Shown one piece after another: positions 50,911 to 61,016 of a DNA stretch of 64,000 bases; positions within the stretch are counted from its first letter, which is position 1; the number at the start of each line of letters is the position of its first letter. Location: assembly GCA_963664115.2 (NCBI GenBank), contig CAXWPJ010000002.1, positions 960,001 through 1,024,000 of the forward strand. Reading direction: 5' to 3'. The notes under the pieces are model-generated. The model did no database searches, was not told the origin of the DNA, and was given only the letters and a program-made list of their open reading frames with translations. Made by a program: the position numbers and the translations under genes. This DNA is from Terriglobia bacterium. GTDB taxonomy: Bacteria; Acidobacteriota; Terriglobia; 20CM-2-55-15.

Positions 50911-51008
50911 TTCTTTCCTCCGACAAGTTTTCCTAATTCTATGGCATTTCCTGTGGATCGTGTTTCGTGCAGAAAATAGCCTGGGTAACATAGGATTCGC
51001 TATCCTAG

Positions 51009-52857
51009 TCCCAAAACAAGCGCATAACCAGTCCGCCGAGGCCCAGTTCGCGCCGATAGAATTCGAGGCATAGAATCCCGTTCCCGGATGGCCTGTTCCA
51101 GGTATCGAGTTTCTGTTGAATCTGTTTCAGTTCAGCCTCGCTGGTGTTGGACGGTTGACAGAAACCGGGACCTCGATCGCCCGGGCTCAGAGTCATGATC
51201 GGGTCAACATCGCAGAGGCTGACGCAACACATCCACCCCGCGGAACAAGACCGGCAACCACCGGTTCCAGGCCAGGATCCGGAACAGAATGCGCCGCCCG
51301 GTGCGCACGAGTTGGCACGGCACAAGCATGAAAGCGTTCAAGAAGGTTTTGAACTCCATGCGCAGCACGGTTTGCTTCTCAGCCTGATATTTTTGGCCCC
51401 AACGTCCGGTTTCGGGAAGCAGCAATGCAAACCACGCTTTCAGTGTCCAGGCCAGTGACGCGATCACCATGTAGGCCCAGTTGCTGGTCTGATCTCCGAC
51501 CGGCATCCGCAACGCCTGAACGCCGTTCTTCAACTGCTCAATGAGATTCTCCTGATTGCACCGTTGATTGGCACGCATCACAATCTGGTCGGCCGGATCC
51601 GAACGGTTGGTAATGTAGAAGAAGTACCGGATGTCGTCAAACAACACCTGCTCTCCTTTGGCCACCGACAGATTCTTCCGCACCACGACGACACGGTAGT
51701 CCCGATCGCAGGCTCCGGGTCGATACCGAAACTCGGCCACATCCTCACCCTGCAAGCGGATATTGTCGAAACCGCGCTGCCGAACGATCTCTTCCTTCAC
51801 GTTGTCGGGACGTTGGCGCGGTTCGGTCGCCACGTCGTATTTCGCGGGCCGTTCCAGGCGCTTCCACTGGCGCGGCTCCAGTTCATCGGCCCGGGCCTTC
51901 AGGTTCGCCATCGCGTCAATCCCGAATATGAAACCCACCTGCTGGTCGTCCCATCCGTCCAGATGCCGGGTCTGGCTGAAGTCCGTGTCCCCGCGCAGCA
52001 GGATCTGGCGAAACCCCGCATGCCGGCACAATGCGATGGCTTGGTCGAACCGGACCGCGGCTCCTTCATGCGACGGCCGGTTGCCGCTACGATTGACCAG
52101 ATACAGCGGTTCGGCGGTGTTGGCCAGCGAGATCATCAGCGGGTGATATCCCCACGTCCCGTCGTAGGCCACGTCCATCCCTTGCTTGCATTCCCCCGTG
52201 GTTTCGGCCAGTGTCCCGTCCGCGTCCAACACCGCTTCTTCGAAAAACGCCGCCGGTTGCTGTCGCCAGACTCCGAGCCGGACTTGATTGGTTGCCTCCA
52301 TCAGACACTCCACGTCGTCGGCCTCGAATCTCCGGCAGAAGTCTCCCGCCGTCGTCGGATCCGGAATCCGTTGCGCTCCCAGCGCATCCAGATACACCGC
52401 ATCGTTGCGCCGCAGTTCGATGTCTTCCAGGCACGTTCCTCCGCTCAAGGCGTTGTAGGCGATGTTCAGCACGTGATCCGACTCGTGATACGGCAGGTGC
52501 CGCTTCAACACATGCACGCCCTTGTCGATGGCTTCGATCAGCCCGGTCCGCCGCGCCACCAGTTGCATCGTCCCGATACCACCAACCGATGTGCCCCGCG
52601 TCCGCTCTCCCATCTCGTACTGAATGTTGCTCGCCGAAAACATCGGCTCTACCTGATCCGTCCAATGCCGGTCCCCAAGCCGACGTTCGATTCGCCGCTT
52701 GCGGTTCCTCATGTTCTTGCGCGTATAATCGTTCATCTGAAATGCCTCCTTTTCCGAAGAATCTGTTCAAGGTTTTTTTCGCACGGAGAGGGGGCATTTC
52801 GGGTACTTCCGCTCTTATTGCACTATCATTTCCTCGTCAATCACGCTTGTTCAGGGA
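51009..52857 (-). mobile_element. IS1380-family element A, copy 3 (1849 bp)
   Basis: Reverse complement of copy 2; CTAG at 51005-51008 and 52858-52861. Confidence 0.95.
51204..52736 (-). CDS. IS1380-family DDE transposase
   Basis: 510-aa protein identical to 21212-22744. Confidence 0.93.
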   Translation of the reverse strand: MNDYTRKNMRNRKRRIERRLGDRHWTDQVEPMFSASNIQYEMGERTRGTSVGGIGTMQLVARRTGLIEAIDKGVHVLKRHLPYHESDHVLNIAYNALSGGTCLEDIELRRNDAVYLDALGAQRIPDPTTAGDFCRRFEADDVECLMEATNQVRLGVWRQQPAAFFEEAVLDADGTLAETTGECKQGMDVAYDGTWGYHPLMISLANTAEPLYLVNRSGNRPSHEGAAVRFDQAIALCRHAGFRQILLRGDTDFSQTRHLDGWDDQQVGFIFGIDAMANLKARADELEPRQWKRLERPAKYDVATEPRQRPDNVKEEIVRQRGFDNIRLQGEDVAEFRYRPGACDRDYRVVVVRKNLSVAKGEQVLFDDIRYFFYITNRSDPADQIVMRANQRCNQENLIEQLKNGVQALRMPVGDQTSNWAYMVIASLAWTLKAWFALLLPETGRWGQKYQAEKQTVLRMEFKTFLNAFMLVPCQLVRTGRRILFRILAWNRWLPVLFRGVDVLRQPLRC

Positions 52858-52913
52858 CTAGTGGAGAGGCCCACAACAGACAGAATAGAATGGTTCGGAG
52901 GGAGGACAGGGAA

Positions 52914-53810
52914 ATGAAAGCGCTGGTCACAGGTGCGACCGGATTCATCGGGCAAGAGCTCATCAAGCGCCTCGACGCGCCAGTGGCGCTGACCCGCAAC
53001 CCCGATGGCGCTGCTGCACGCGGACTCGGAGTGCGGACCATGGCCTGGGAGCCCGCTGCGGGTCCGCCTCGAGTGGCTGCATTCGAGGGCGTAGACACAA
53101 TATTTCATCTTGCCGGTGATCCCGTGGCCAAAGGCCGTTGGACTCGAGCGAAGAAATCCAGAATCCGTTCGAGCAGGGTCGACGGCACCCGCCACCTTGT
53201 CGATGCCCTTGCCGCCATGGAAAAACGACCGTCCTGTCTCGTGAGTGCTTCGGCCGTGGGGTATTACGGTGATGGGGGAGAAGAAATCCTGGACGAAACG
53301 TCCAGCGCTGACGGATCCTTCCTCGCCGAAGTCTGTCAGGCCTGGGAACGGGAAGCCTTGCGAGCGGCGGATCACGGGATTCGCGTCGTCACAGTGCGGA
53401 CGGGCATCGTTCTCGGCGCGGGAGGTGGGGCATTGGCCTCGATGTTGCCGCCCTTCAAGTTGGGCTTAGGCGGCCGTTTGGGGAACGGAAGGCAGTGGAT
53501 GCCATGGATTCATATCACAGACCTGATCAGCCTGATGCTGCATGCGGTGGACCATAAGGATATGCGGGGTGCAGTGAACGGGGTTTCTCCCAACCCGGTC
53601 ACGAACAGAGATTTCACGGCCGCGCTGGCGGGCACCCTCCGCCGCCCGGCGCTCTTTCCGGCACCCGGATTGATTCTCAGGCTCGCCCTCGGTGAATTTG
53701 CCATCGTTTTGCTGGCGTCACAGCGAGTGGTTCCGACCATGGCGACCCAGTCAGGATTCGAGTTTCAATATCCGAAGCTCGAGGGCGCCCTCGCCGAGAT
53801 TCTTGAATAG
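52914..53810 (+). CDS. TIGR01777/YfcH-type NAD-dependent epimerase family
   Basis: VTGATGFIG, SRVDGT, SASAVGYYG, GRQWMPWIH, SQRVVP; true start ATG 52914. Confidence 0.92.
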   Translation: MKALVTGATGFIGQELIKRLDAPVALTRNPDGAAARGLGVRTMAWEPAAGPPRVAAFEGVDTIFHLAGDPVAKGRWTRAKKSRIRSSRVDGTRHLVDALAAMEKRPSCLVSASAVGYYGDGGEEILDETSSADGSFLAEVCQAWEREALRAADHGIRVVTVRTGIVLGAGGGALASMLPPFKLGLGGRLGNGRQWMPWIHITDLISLMLHAVDHKDMRGAVNGVSPNPVTNRDFTAALAGTLRRPALFPAPGLILRLALGEFAIVLLASQRVVPTMATQSGFEFQYPKLEGALAEILE

Positions 53811-53883
53811 GCGCGTTACGACTCCTCTATTAAAGAGAGGGCAGGTTTCTCTCCGCATGCGGGTCGCTGATCCCGGGTCTCGG

Positions 53884-54873
53884 TCACTTCTTCCCGGCCA
53901 CCTCTGCTTCGAGCACAACTGTTTCAGAGGGAACCGTGTTACGGGCTGAGGATGCGCGCCAGTAACCCGCCAGAACACTGCCGATCAAAGAATGGAAGAG
54001 ACTGGAAATGGCACTGGGAACCGCGACGAGAGGATTGACGAAGTTCGCTCCGGCCAGCACAACCCCCAAGCCGGAGTTCTGCATGCCGACTTCGATCGCG
54101 ACCGTGCGGGCCGAGACCACGTTTGGGGATAAGGCGCGGGTCAGAATGTAGCCGAGGCCGAACCCGCAGACATGCAGTGCGAACACGGCTCCGATCAGCA
54201 GCGAGCCGGACTCGATGATGGCAGCCCGGCTGGCTCCGATTATCGAAGCGACGATCATCGTGATCAATACGACCGATACTAATGGCGCCACCGGAAGTAT
54301 TTTGTGAGTCAGTCCGGGTGCATATCGTCTGAGGGTCAGACCTGCCACGACCGGGACGATGACGACCTGCAGCGTGCCGAAGAGAAGACCGGCTGCGGGA
54401 ACATCCACCCGGCTGCTGGCATACATTGCCGTGAGAGTGGGGGTCATCAGGACCGAGAGTGATGTGGACACCGCCGTCATTGAAACCGAAAGGGGCACGT
54501 CGGCAAGCGCCAGATACGAAATTACGTTCGATGCGACTCCGCCCGGACAACACGACACCAGAATCAAGCCGACAGCGAATGGAGTCGGCAGCTCCATCAC
54601 TCGAGCGATGCCCCAACCAAGAAACGGCATCACTATGTACTGCAGAGCCACACCCAGGCCGATCAAGCGCGGCCGCAACGCGACCCGGCGGAAGTCGTTA
54701 ATCTCCAAGGTCAGGCCCATAGACATCATGGTCGCGCCGAGAGCGAGGGTAATGAGAACACCGCTGAACCAGGTAAACACCTCTGGCCGGTAGAGTGCCG
54801 CGACGCTGGCCAGGAGGACCCAGAGTGGAAATGCGAAGGTCGCGAATTTTATGATTCGTGAAACTCGGAGCAT
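53884..54873 (-). CDS. Bile acid:sodium symporter (BASS/ASBT) family
   Basis: MGLTL, CCPGGVASN, EVGMQNSGLG; start approximate. Confidence 0.9.
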   Translation of the reverse strand: MLRVSRIIKFATFAFPLWVLLASVAALYRPEVFTWFSGVLITLALGATMMSMGLTLEINDFRRVALRPRLIGLGVALQYIVMPFLGWGIARVMELPTPFAVGLILVSCCPGGVASNVISYLALADVPLSVSMTAVSTSLSVLMTPTLTAMYASSRVDVPAAGLLFGTLQVVIVPVVAGLTLRRYAPGLTHKILPVAPLVSVVLITMIVASIIGASRAAIIESGSLLIGAVFALHVCGFGLGYILTRALSPNVVSARTVAIEVGMQNSGLGVVLAGANFVNPLVAVPSAISSLFHSLIGSVLAGYWRASSARNTVPSETVVLEAEVAGKK

Positions 54874-54985
54874 CGAATCCGGGATATTACGCGAAAAATT
54901 TAAGGACTGCATTCAAATCTGGCCTTTATAGGTGACATTTTGATAATTTAACTTCGTCGTCAGAAGCCTTTTCTCTGGAGGAAGC

Positions 54986-55561
54986 GTGGGAATCCGAAAC
55001 TTGACCCTATTCGTGCTGGCTGCTCTGCTCTGTGGGTTCGTGCCCTCATCCCTCTCCCAGCGCCCCAATCCCTTAGATGAATTGCAGCGCCGGGCCGAAG
55101 AAATCTATTTCCAGCAGAGGATCGATTCTTTCGTCGAGGACACCTTTGAATTCTACGAGATCAGCGGTGAACTGATTTCTTTTCGTGTCCATCCGAACAT
55201 GACGCGGGAGGAATTGAATCTCGTGGATGAGAAGGCCGAAGACCTGGAAGACATGGCGGGCGATCTGATTTCCTTTGTGCAATTCATCTCTCCGAGAGTG
55301 CGTGGAAACACAGACGACCTCTGGGTCATTCTCGAACCGGTGGATGAGAACTCCAGCATGGAAGCCCGGCTCACCCTGCTCCTGTCAATGGTCAATGGAA
55401 TACAGCCCAAACTCCAGCATTTCGTCGAACTCCTCACAGAAGAGACTGAACCCTCCGTCGAGGTTGAAGATCTGATAGTGGAAGCATCGCTGCCGTATCT
55501 GATCGCGGGAGGGCTGGAAGAACTTCGCGAGATGGCACGCGCCCTTCGACGCACCTTGTAA
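54986..55561 (+). CDS. Secreted acidic helical hypothetical protein
   Basis: GGAGG RBS, signal peptide. Confidence 0.65.
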   Translation: MGIRNLTLFVLAALLCGFVPSSLSQRPNPLDELQRRAEEIYFQQRIDSFVEDTFEFYEISGELISFRVHPNMTREELNLVDEKAEDLEDMAGDLISFVQFISPRVRGNTDDLWVILEPVDENSSMEARLTLLLSMVNGIQPKLQHFVELLTEETEPSVEVEDLIVEASLPYLIAGGLEELREMARALRRTL

Positions 55562-55587
55562 TTCGAAAGTCTGGCTCGGAGTCTTCC

Positions 55588-56010
55588 ATGGGTGGCCAAA
55601 GCGCCTCGCACCAGATCCTGTTCGTTTGCATCGAAAACTCCAATCGAAGCCAGATGGCCGAGGCTTTTGCCCGGATCCACGGCGGCGATGATGTGGCTTC
55701 CTACAGTGCGGGCTCGGAACCGGGAGGGGAGGTGAACGCCCGTGCCATTGCCGCCATGGGGGAGATTGGCTACGACTTGGGGACTCACCGCTCCAAATCC
55801 CTGAGTGACGTTCCGGACGTGGAATACGATTGGCTCATTGCTATGGGCTGCGGCGATCGGTGTCCCTTCGTGAAGGCCCGGCATCGGGCCGATTGGGACA
55901 TTCCCGACCCGAAATCCATGCAACCTGACCAATTCCGCGAGGTCCGGGACCTGATCGAGCGAAAAGTCAGGGAGCTGGTCGATCGCCTCCGAAACCCCTC
56001 CCAGGTCTAA
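55588..56010 (+). CDS. arsC: Thioredoxin-type arsenate reductase / LMW-PTP family
   Basis: CIENSNRSQMAE (CX5R), CGDRCP, WDIPDP. Confidence 0.8.
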   Translation: MGGQSASHQILFVCIENSNRSQMAEAFARIHGGDDVASYSAGSEPGGEVNARAIAAMGEIGYDLGTHRSKSLSDVPDVEYDWLIAMGCGDRCPFVKARHRADWDIPDPKSMQPDQFREVRDLIERKVRELVDRLRNPSQV

Positions 56011-56137
56011 TTCCTAAGCGCAAATAATGCGCGTATGTGCATGATTCGCGTCAAGAAAGGCCTGTTATGCACACATAAAACAGGCAGAAAACCGGAAACA
56101 ACCGGCCTGAAAAAGGTCAAAACACCCCAAAATTCCC

Positions 56138-56166
56138 TTGACATCAGGGCGACTCGGCGTTGAAAT
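56138..56166 (+). promoter_or_regulatory. Sigma70-type promoter, probably the original promoter of the HTH-pil operon
   Basis: TTGACA-17 bp-TGAAAT, 18 bp upstream of the IS target CTAG. Confidence 0.6.
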
Positions 56167-56188
56167 AGGCAACCCCCGGGAGATCTAG

Positions 56189-57937
56189 CCCGGATTTCTC
56201 AAGAGATCTGAGATAAATCGAAACAGAGTACGACGGTAAAGGACCGAAAAAGGCCGCCCTGTCTGGCATAGAAGGTTTTGTCGAGAAACTTTCAAACCAA
56301 GACGGAGGCGGCCTTTGTCATGACAGAGTGTAAAACAGAAACGGTTCAATTTCACGCTTTGGGTTCACGCGAAGTACGCGGTCAATTCGACGGTGGAGAC
56401 ATCAGTTCCGACGGTGGCGGTTTGCTGCTGCGGGAGGTGGAGAAACGGACCGGCATTGTGAAACAGTTTGCCGGATGTTTCCAGGATCATCGGGATCCAC
56501 GATTTGTGGAACACCGCATCGAACAACTGGTGGGGCAACGGGTGTACGGACTGTGCCTGGGCTATGAGGATCTGAACGACCACGATGAACTGCGTTCCGA
56601 TCCGGTCCTGGCCGTGATGGTGGATGAGACCGATCCGAAGGGACGAGGTCGGAAGCAGGCGCGGGATCGAGGCAAGGCGCTGGCGGGCAAGAGCACGCTG
56701 AACCGGCTGGAGCTGTCGACCGAGGGTGCGGCCAACCATCCCTACAAAAAGATCGGCCGGAACGAAGGGGCGATCGATCGGTTGATGGTGGACGTGTTTC
56801 TCCAAGCCCATCGGCGAGCCCCACGGCAGATCATTCTGGACCTGGATGCGACCGACGATCCGATTCACGGGAATCAGGAAGGGCGCTTCTTTCACGGCTA
56901 CTACCGGCACTATTGTTATCTACCGCTGTATATCTTCTGTGGGGAGTTTCTGCTCTGTGCCCGGCTGCGACCCTCCGACATCGATGGTGCGGCCGGATCG
57001 GTCGAAGAGCTGGAACGGATCGTGGGCCAGATTCGACAGAAGTGGCCCCGAGTCCAGATTGTGATTCGGGCCGACTCGGGTTTCTGCCGCGATGAGATCC
57101 TGAGCTGGTGCGAGGCCCAGCACCGTGTCGATTACGTGATCGGACTGGCGAAGAACAAGCGGCTGCTCCGCGCGATTGAAACTCCGATGGAGAAAGCGAA
57201 GCAGCGATTCGACAGGACCGGAAAGTCGGCGCGCGTCTTTAAGACGTTTCAGTATCGGACCCTGGACAGCTGGACCCGAGAGCGACGCGTCATTGGCAAG
57301 GCCGAACATCTGGCCAAGGGCGCCAACCCGCGGTTTATCGTTACCTCGTTACCGAAAGGCCAACCCACCCCACAGCAGATCTATGAACAGATCTACTGTG
57401 CTCGTGGGGACATGGAAAACCGGATCAAAGAGCAACAGCTCGGATTGTTTGCCGACCGGACCAGCACGGCCACCATGCGCGCCAATCAACTCCGACTCTA
57501 CTTCTCATCGGTCGCGTACATGTTGATGCAGGCCTTGCGGCGGCTCGGATTGCAAGGTACCCAATTCGCGCGTGCGCAGTGCACCACCATCCGCCTGAAG
57601 CTACTCAAGATCGGAGCGCAGATCCATGTCACCGTCCGCCGGGTCTGGATTCGGATGGCCGGTGGTTATCCCTATGCCAACGTGTTTGCTCAGATCTACG
57701 CGAACCTTCAGAAAATTCCTCTGCGCTGTTAAACGCCTCCCCCGAACATCACGACCTTCCGGCCTCGGTAGGGATAGCTGTCTCCGAAATCCGCTTTCAC
57801 AGTACCGTTGTCATGAACGACAGTCCCGAAGCGCCCATTTCTCAGTTGAGCCGGTGCCTTTACTCGCGCCGCACCGCTCACGAACCCTATTCTGTCTCCA
57901 AAATACAGTTCCCGGCATCATTCATGAGAAATGCGGG
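56189..57937 (+). mobile_element. IS1380-family element B (1749 bp)
   Basis: TIR CCCGGATTTCTCA / CCCGCATTTCTCA; CTAG duplication at 56185-56188 and 57938-57941. Confidence 0.94.
56320..57732 (+). CDS. IS1380-family transposase (type B)
   Basis: SSDGG, GYEDLNDH, LDLDATDD, RADSGF, RGDMENRIKE. Confidence 0.95.
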   Translation: MTECKTETVQFHALGSREVRGQFDGGDISSDGGGLLLREVEKRTGIVKQFAGCFQDHRDPRFVEHRIEQLVGQRVYGLCLGYEDLNDHDELRSDPVLAVMVDETDPKGRGRKQARDRGKALAGKSTLNRLELSTEGAANHPYKKIGRNEGAIDRLMVDVFLQAHRRAPRQIILDLDATDDPIHGNQEGRFFHGYYRHYCYLPLYIFCGEFLLCARLRPSDIDGAAGSVEELERIVGQIRQKWPRVQIVIRADSGFCRDEILSWCEAQHRVDYVIGLAKNKRLLRAIETPMEKAKQRFDRTGKSARVFKTFQYRTLDSWTRERRVIGKAEHLAKGANPRFIVTSLPKGQPTPQQIYEQIYCARGDMENRIKEQQLGLFADRTSTATMRANQLRLYFSSVAYMLMQALRRLGLQGTQFARAQCTTIRLKLLKIGAQIHVTVRRVWIRMAGGYPYANVFAQIYANLQKIPLRC

Positions 57938-57949
57938 CTAGAGGTCAAA

Positions 57950-58171
57950 ATGGAACGATTAAAAGAGGTTATGACTCTGCGAGAAGCCTCGCAATATTTA
58001 GGGGTCTCCCCAGATACCCTTTACAAGTATCTGGGCGAGGACAAGATTCCTGCGTTCAAGCTCGGAAATCGGTGGCGATTCAAGAAGGACTTGCTGGACC
58101 GGTGGATGGAAAAGAAGAGCGAACGCGGGCCAAGTTCTCTGGTGAGACCCGGTCAGAAGACACGGCGCTAA
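57950..58171 (+). CDS. Excisionase-family (HTH_17) DNA-binding protein
   Basis: MTLREASQYLGVSPDTLY, IPAFKLGNRWRF; GAGG RBS. Confidence 0.85.
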   Translation: MERLKEVMTLREASQYLGVSPDTLYKYLGEDKIPAFKLGNRWRFKKDLLDRWMEKKSERGPSSLVRPGQKTRR

Positions 58172-58197
58172 GCCGCCGATGAAGGAACGATTGACGT

Positions 58198-59245
58198 ATG
58201 TTTGGTAAGAGTAAGGCACTTGTTGGACTCGACATCGGTTCGAGCTCGATCAAAGCGATCGAGCTGTCCAAATCCAAGAGTGGCTACGAAATCGTAGGTT
58301 TTGCGCGCCATACGCTCGGGCCGGATGCGGTCGTCGATGGAGCGATCACCGACTCGGGGGCGGTGTCGGAGGCCATAAAAGCGGCGTTCACCATGGGTGG
58401 CTTCAAGAGCAAGGCCGTGGTGACCAGCGTGTCCGGGCACTCGGTGATCGTCAAACGTGTTGTGCTTCCTGTGGATAGCGCCGAAGAAGTCGAGAGCTCG
58501 ATACAGTTCGGTGCCGACGAGTACATTCCCTTTGAAATCACAGACGTCAACCTCGACTACGAAGTGATAGGCCCGTCCGAAGGCGAGGACGAGGGCCTTG
58601 AGGTTCTTCTGGTCGCTGCCAAGAAAGGACCAGATCGAGAACAATACCAACGTCGTTACGATGGCCGGTCATTCCGCAGAAATTGTTGATATTGATGCCT
58701 TTGCGCTGCAGAACGCCTTCGAGGTCAACTACAATCCGGATCCTGATCAGACGATCGCGCTGCTCAATATCGGGGCGTCGCTGACCAACATCAATATTAC
58801 GAAGGGCGGCATGCCCCTGTTTATTCGGGATGTGTCCGTGGGTGGAAGCCAATATACCGACATCTTGCAGAAAGAGCTGCAACTCAGCTACGAGGAAGCC
58901 GAAGACTTGAAGTTTGGAAAGCAGGTTGGGATGTACGATGCCGACATGGTCGCCCCGCTGCTGGATTCGATTACCGACATGTTGACCATGGAGGTTCAGA
59001 AGACTTTCGATTTCTTCAAGGAGACCTATCCGGACGAGACGATTTCGGCCGTCTATCTGGCCGGAGGCACGGCCAGCGCGGCGGGTTTAGTCGAAAAGAT
59101 TCAAACGGCTTTCGGTTATACGACCGAGATTATAGATCCGTTTAAGGCCGTTACGGTGGGTTCGAAGGTGGGTACCGGGATTCAAGAGGTAGGCCCGGCT
59201 GTGACGGTCGCACTCGGTTTGGCTTTAAGAGGTTTTGACGCATGA
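58198..59245 (+). CDS. pilM: Type IV pilus assembly protein PilM, split by one extra A at about 58624-58626
   Basis: GLDIGSSSIK and LLVAAK in the first frame, LNIGAS and LAGG in the second; frameshift or sequencing error. Confidence 0.88.
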
Positions 59246-59877
59246 TCCGCGTGAACCTATCCGGAGCTCCTAAGAAGGCAGCGGGCCGCAAGGGCCTCAG
59301 CATTCAGCTGCCGGCCAATGCGCTTCCTGTCCTGTGGGTTGTGATCATCCTGGGAACCGCCCTTTATGGCTACACCTGGTATTCGGGCCTCAACTCTGAA
59401 ACTGCGGATCTTGCGATTCGGATTGCGTCCGCGGAAGGCCAGTTGGCCCAGCTTCAGTCCGTCATCGATGAAGACGCGGCTTTCGAAGCCCGGAGAGAAG
59501 AATTAGCAAACCGGATCATGACGATCGAAGGACTGCAGAGGGATCAGGTTAGTCCCGTTCTTCTGCTGGATCGTTTGAGCGAGGCCATTACGCCGACGGA
59601 ATACGTATGGTTGGAGCAGGTCCAGCTAAATGACACGGTGATCACGATGGCGGGTGTCGGGACATCTGTAATCGCGATAGCAGATTTCGTATCCAGTCTC
59701 GAAGACACGGGCTATTTCGGCAACATCAATCTTGTGAACGCCCAGGACACGGCCGGAACATTTACATTCCAGATGAGCTGTGATTTCTTGCCGCCACCGC
59801 TGACAGTTGAAGAAGCAGTGGCTGAGGAGTCCGAAGGCGCAGGCGAAGGAGAGAACCCCGAACCCGAATCCAATTAG
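59242..59877 (+). CDS. pilN: PilN
   Basis: MIRVNL N-terminus, TM, coiled coil, P..VWL. Confidence 0.88.
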   Translation: MIRVNLSGAPKKAAGRKGLSIQLPANALPVLWVVIILGTALYGYTWYSGLNSETADLAIRIASAEGQLAQLQSVIDEDAAFEARREELANRIMTIEGLQRDQVSPVLLLDRLSEAITPTEYVWLEQVQLNDTVITMAGVGTSVIAIADFVSSLEDTGYFGNINLVNAQDTAGTFTFQMSCDFLPPPLTVEEAVAEESEGAGEGENPEPESN

Positions 59878-59901
59878 TGGATGCGGGTTTGAATACGGTT
59901 T

Positions 59902-60492
59902 ATGGCTGTCAACTACAGTGACTTTCAGAATTTGCGCTGGTACTACCAGGCCCTCATCGTAGTGGGTGCTTCGGGAGTCATCCTCGGTTTGTTCTGGTAT
60001 CAGTTCCTGAGCCCGATCGAGGCCACCGTCGTGGCCCAGAACGCCCAACTGACCCAACTCAATCAGGATGTTGCGGCCGCCCTAGCCAGACAGCAGCAAT
60101 TGGCCGAGATCCGTGAGGAATCTGAAGCGTTGCAGGTGCAACTTGACGCCCTGAAGCCCATTTTGCCGCTGGAACGGGAGACCGACCAGATTCTGCGCCA
60201 GGTCCAGCAAGCCGCGACAGAATCGTCTCTGAGGATCCTGCGGGTATCGCCACGGGCGACCGTGGACAACGAGTTTTACTCAGAGTGGCCGATCGATATG
60301 CAGGTTGAAGCCACGTACCACAACATGGGTCTGTATCTGGATAGAATTCGGGATCTGGAGCGAATCGTGAACATCACCGGGCTTCAGATGACTGCGGCCG
60401 GAGGTGGCCTCACATCGTCGGTGTCCGCTACCTTTACCGCGACGACATTTGTATATCGCGAAGAGGAGCCGCCGGCGGGGAACGGACCATGA
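59902..60492 (+). CDS. pilO: PilO
   Basis: TM, coiled coil, ILP..E, FYSEWPI, YHN, RIVNI. Confidence 0.9.
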   Translation: MAVNYSDFQNLRWYYQALIVVGASGVILGLFWYQFLSPIEATVVAQNAQLTQLNQDVAAALARQQQLAEIREESEALQVQLDALKPILPLERETDQILRQVQQAATESSLRILRVSPRATVDNEFYSEWPIDMQVEATYHNMGLYLDRIRDLERIVNITGLQMTAAGGGLTSSVSATFTATTFVYREEEPPAGNGP

Positions 60493-61016
60493 GCTATAAA
60501 TGGTTACTCATATGGGCTCTTGTTCCGGTCGTCGTGCCGGTCGCGGAGGGGAAAACTGCTCCTCCGACGATGCTGCTTCAAGATGCGCCTGATGTTGCGG
60601 TAGAGGAAGAAGAAGAGCCCGCGCCGCCGCCATTGGCGATTCCAGAAGGCTATCGATACGACCCGCGCGGTCGACGGGATCCTTTCGTGAATCCGGTGCC
60701 ACCACCACCACAGGCAGTCGACCCTCTGTCATTGGTGCCGTCGGTGCGCCCTTTGGGCCTTCCGGGTGTGCTGTTAAACGAAGCCCTGCTGGTTGGAGTG
60801 GTGACCTCGGAAGAGCCGTCGATGAACGTCGTGGTTGTGCTGGCTCCCAACAATCGGACGTTCTTTGCTCGGGCAGGGGATGAACTGTTCGACGCGGTGG
60901 TCAAAGAGATCAGCCCCAACGCAATCATATTCGAAGTAAAGCCTCTCGGAGGTCAACCCGAACCCGAACAACGAGAGGAAGTCGTGCGAACGTTAAACGC
61001 GACGCCAGGAGAATAA
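60489..61016 (+). CDS. pilP: PilP-like protein
   Basis: Y.Y.P.GRRDPF motif; between pilO and pilQ. Confidence 0.75.
   Translation: MSYKWLLIWALVPVVVPVAEGKTAPPTMLLQDAPDVAVEEEEEPAPPPLAIPEGYRYDPRGRRDPFVNPVPPPPQAVDPLSLVPSVRPLGLPGVLLNEALLVGVVTSEEPSMNVVVVLAPNNRTFFARAGDELFDAVVKEISPNAIIFEVKPLGGQPEPEQREEVVRTLNATPGE

Noticed and set aside
21091-52857. Composite transposon or inversion bounded by inverted copies 2 and 3
   Set aside because: CTAG duplications are uninformative, and the flanks of copy 2 read in frame across the site (GLLA-LVSVDRDG), consistent with independent insertions; not fully excluded
53884-56010. Arsenic-resistance operon (BASS transporter as Acr3 plus arsC)
   Set aside because: Transporter motifs are ASBT/YocS-like, it is transcribed divergently with an unrelated gene between, and there is no arsR
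57950-58171. Prophage or ICE marked by an excisionase
   Set aside because: No integrase, att-tRNA or phage genes in the window; the gene is coupled to pilM
58620-58630. Programmed frameshift in pilM
   Set aside because: A single extra A in AAGAAAGGAC with no clear slippery heptamer or stimulator; an indel error or simple mutation is more likely. Needs reads
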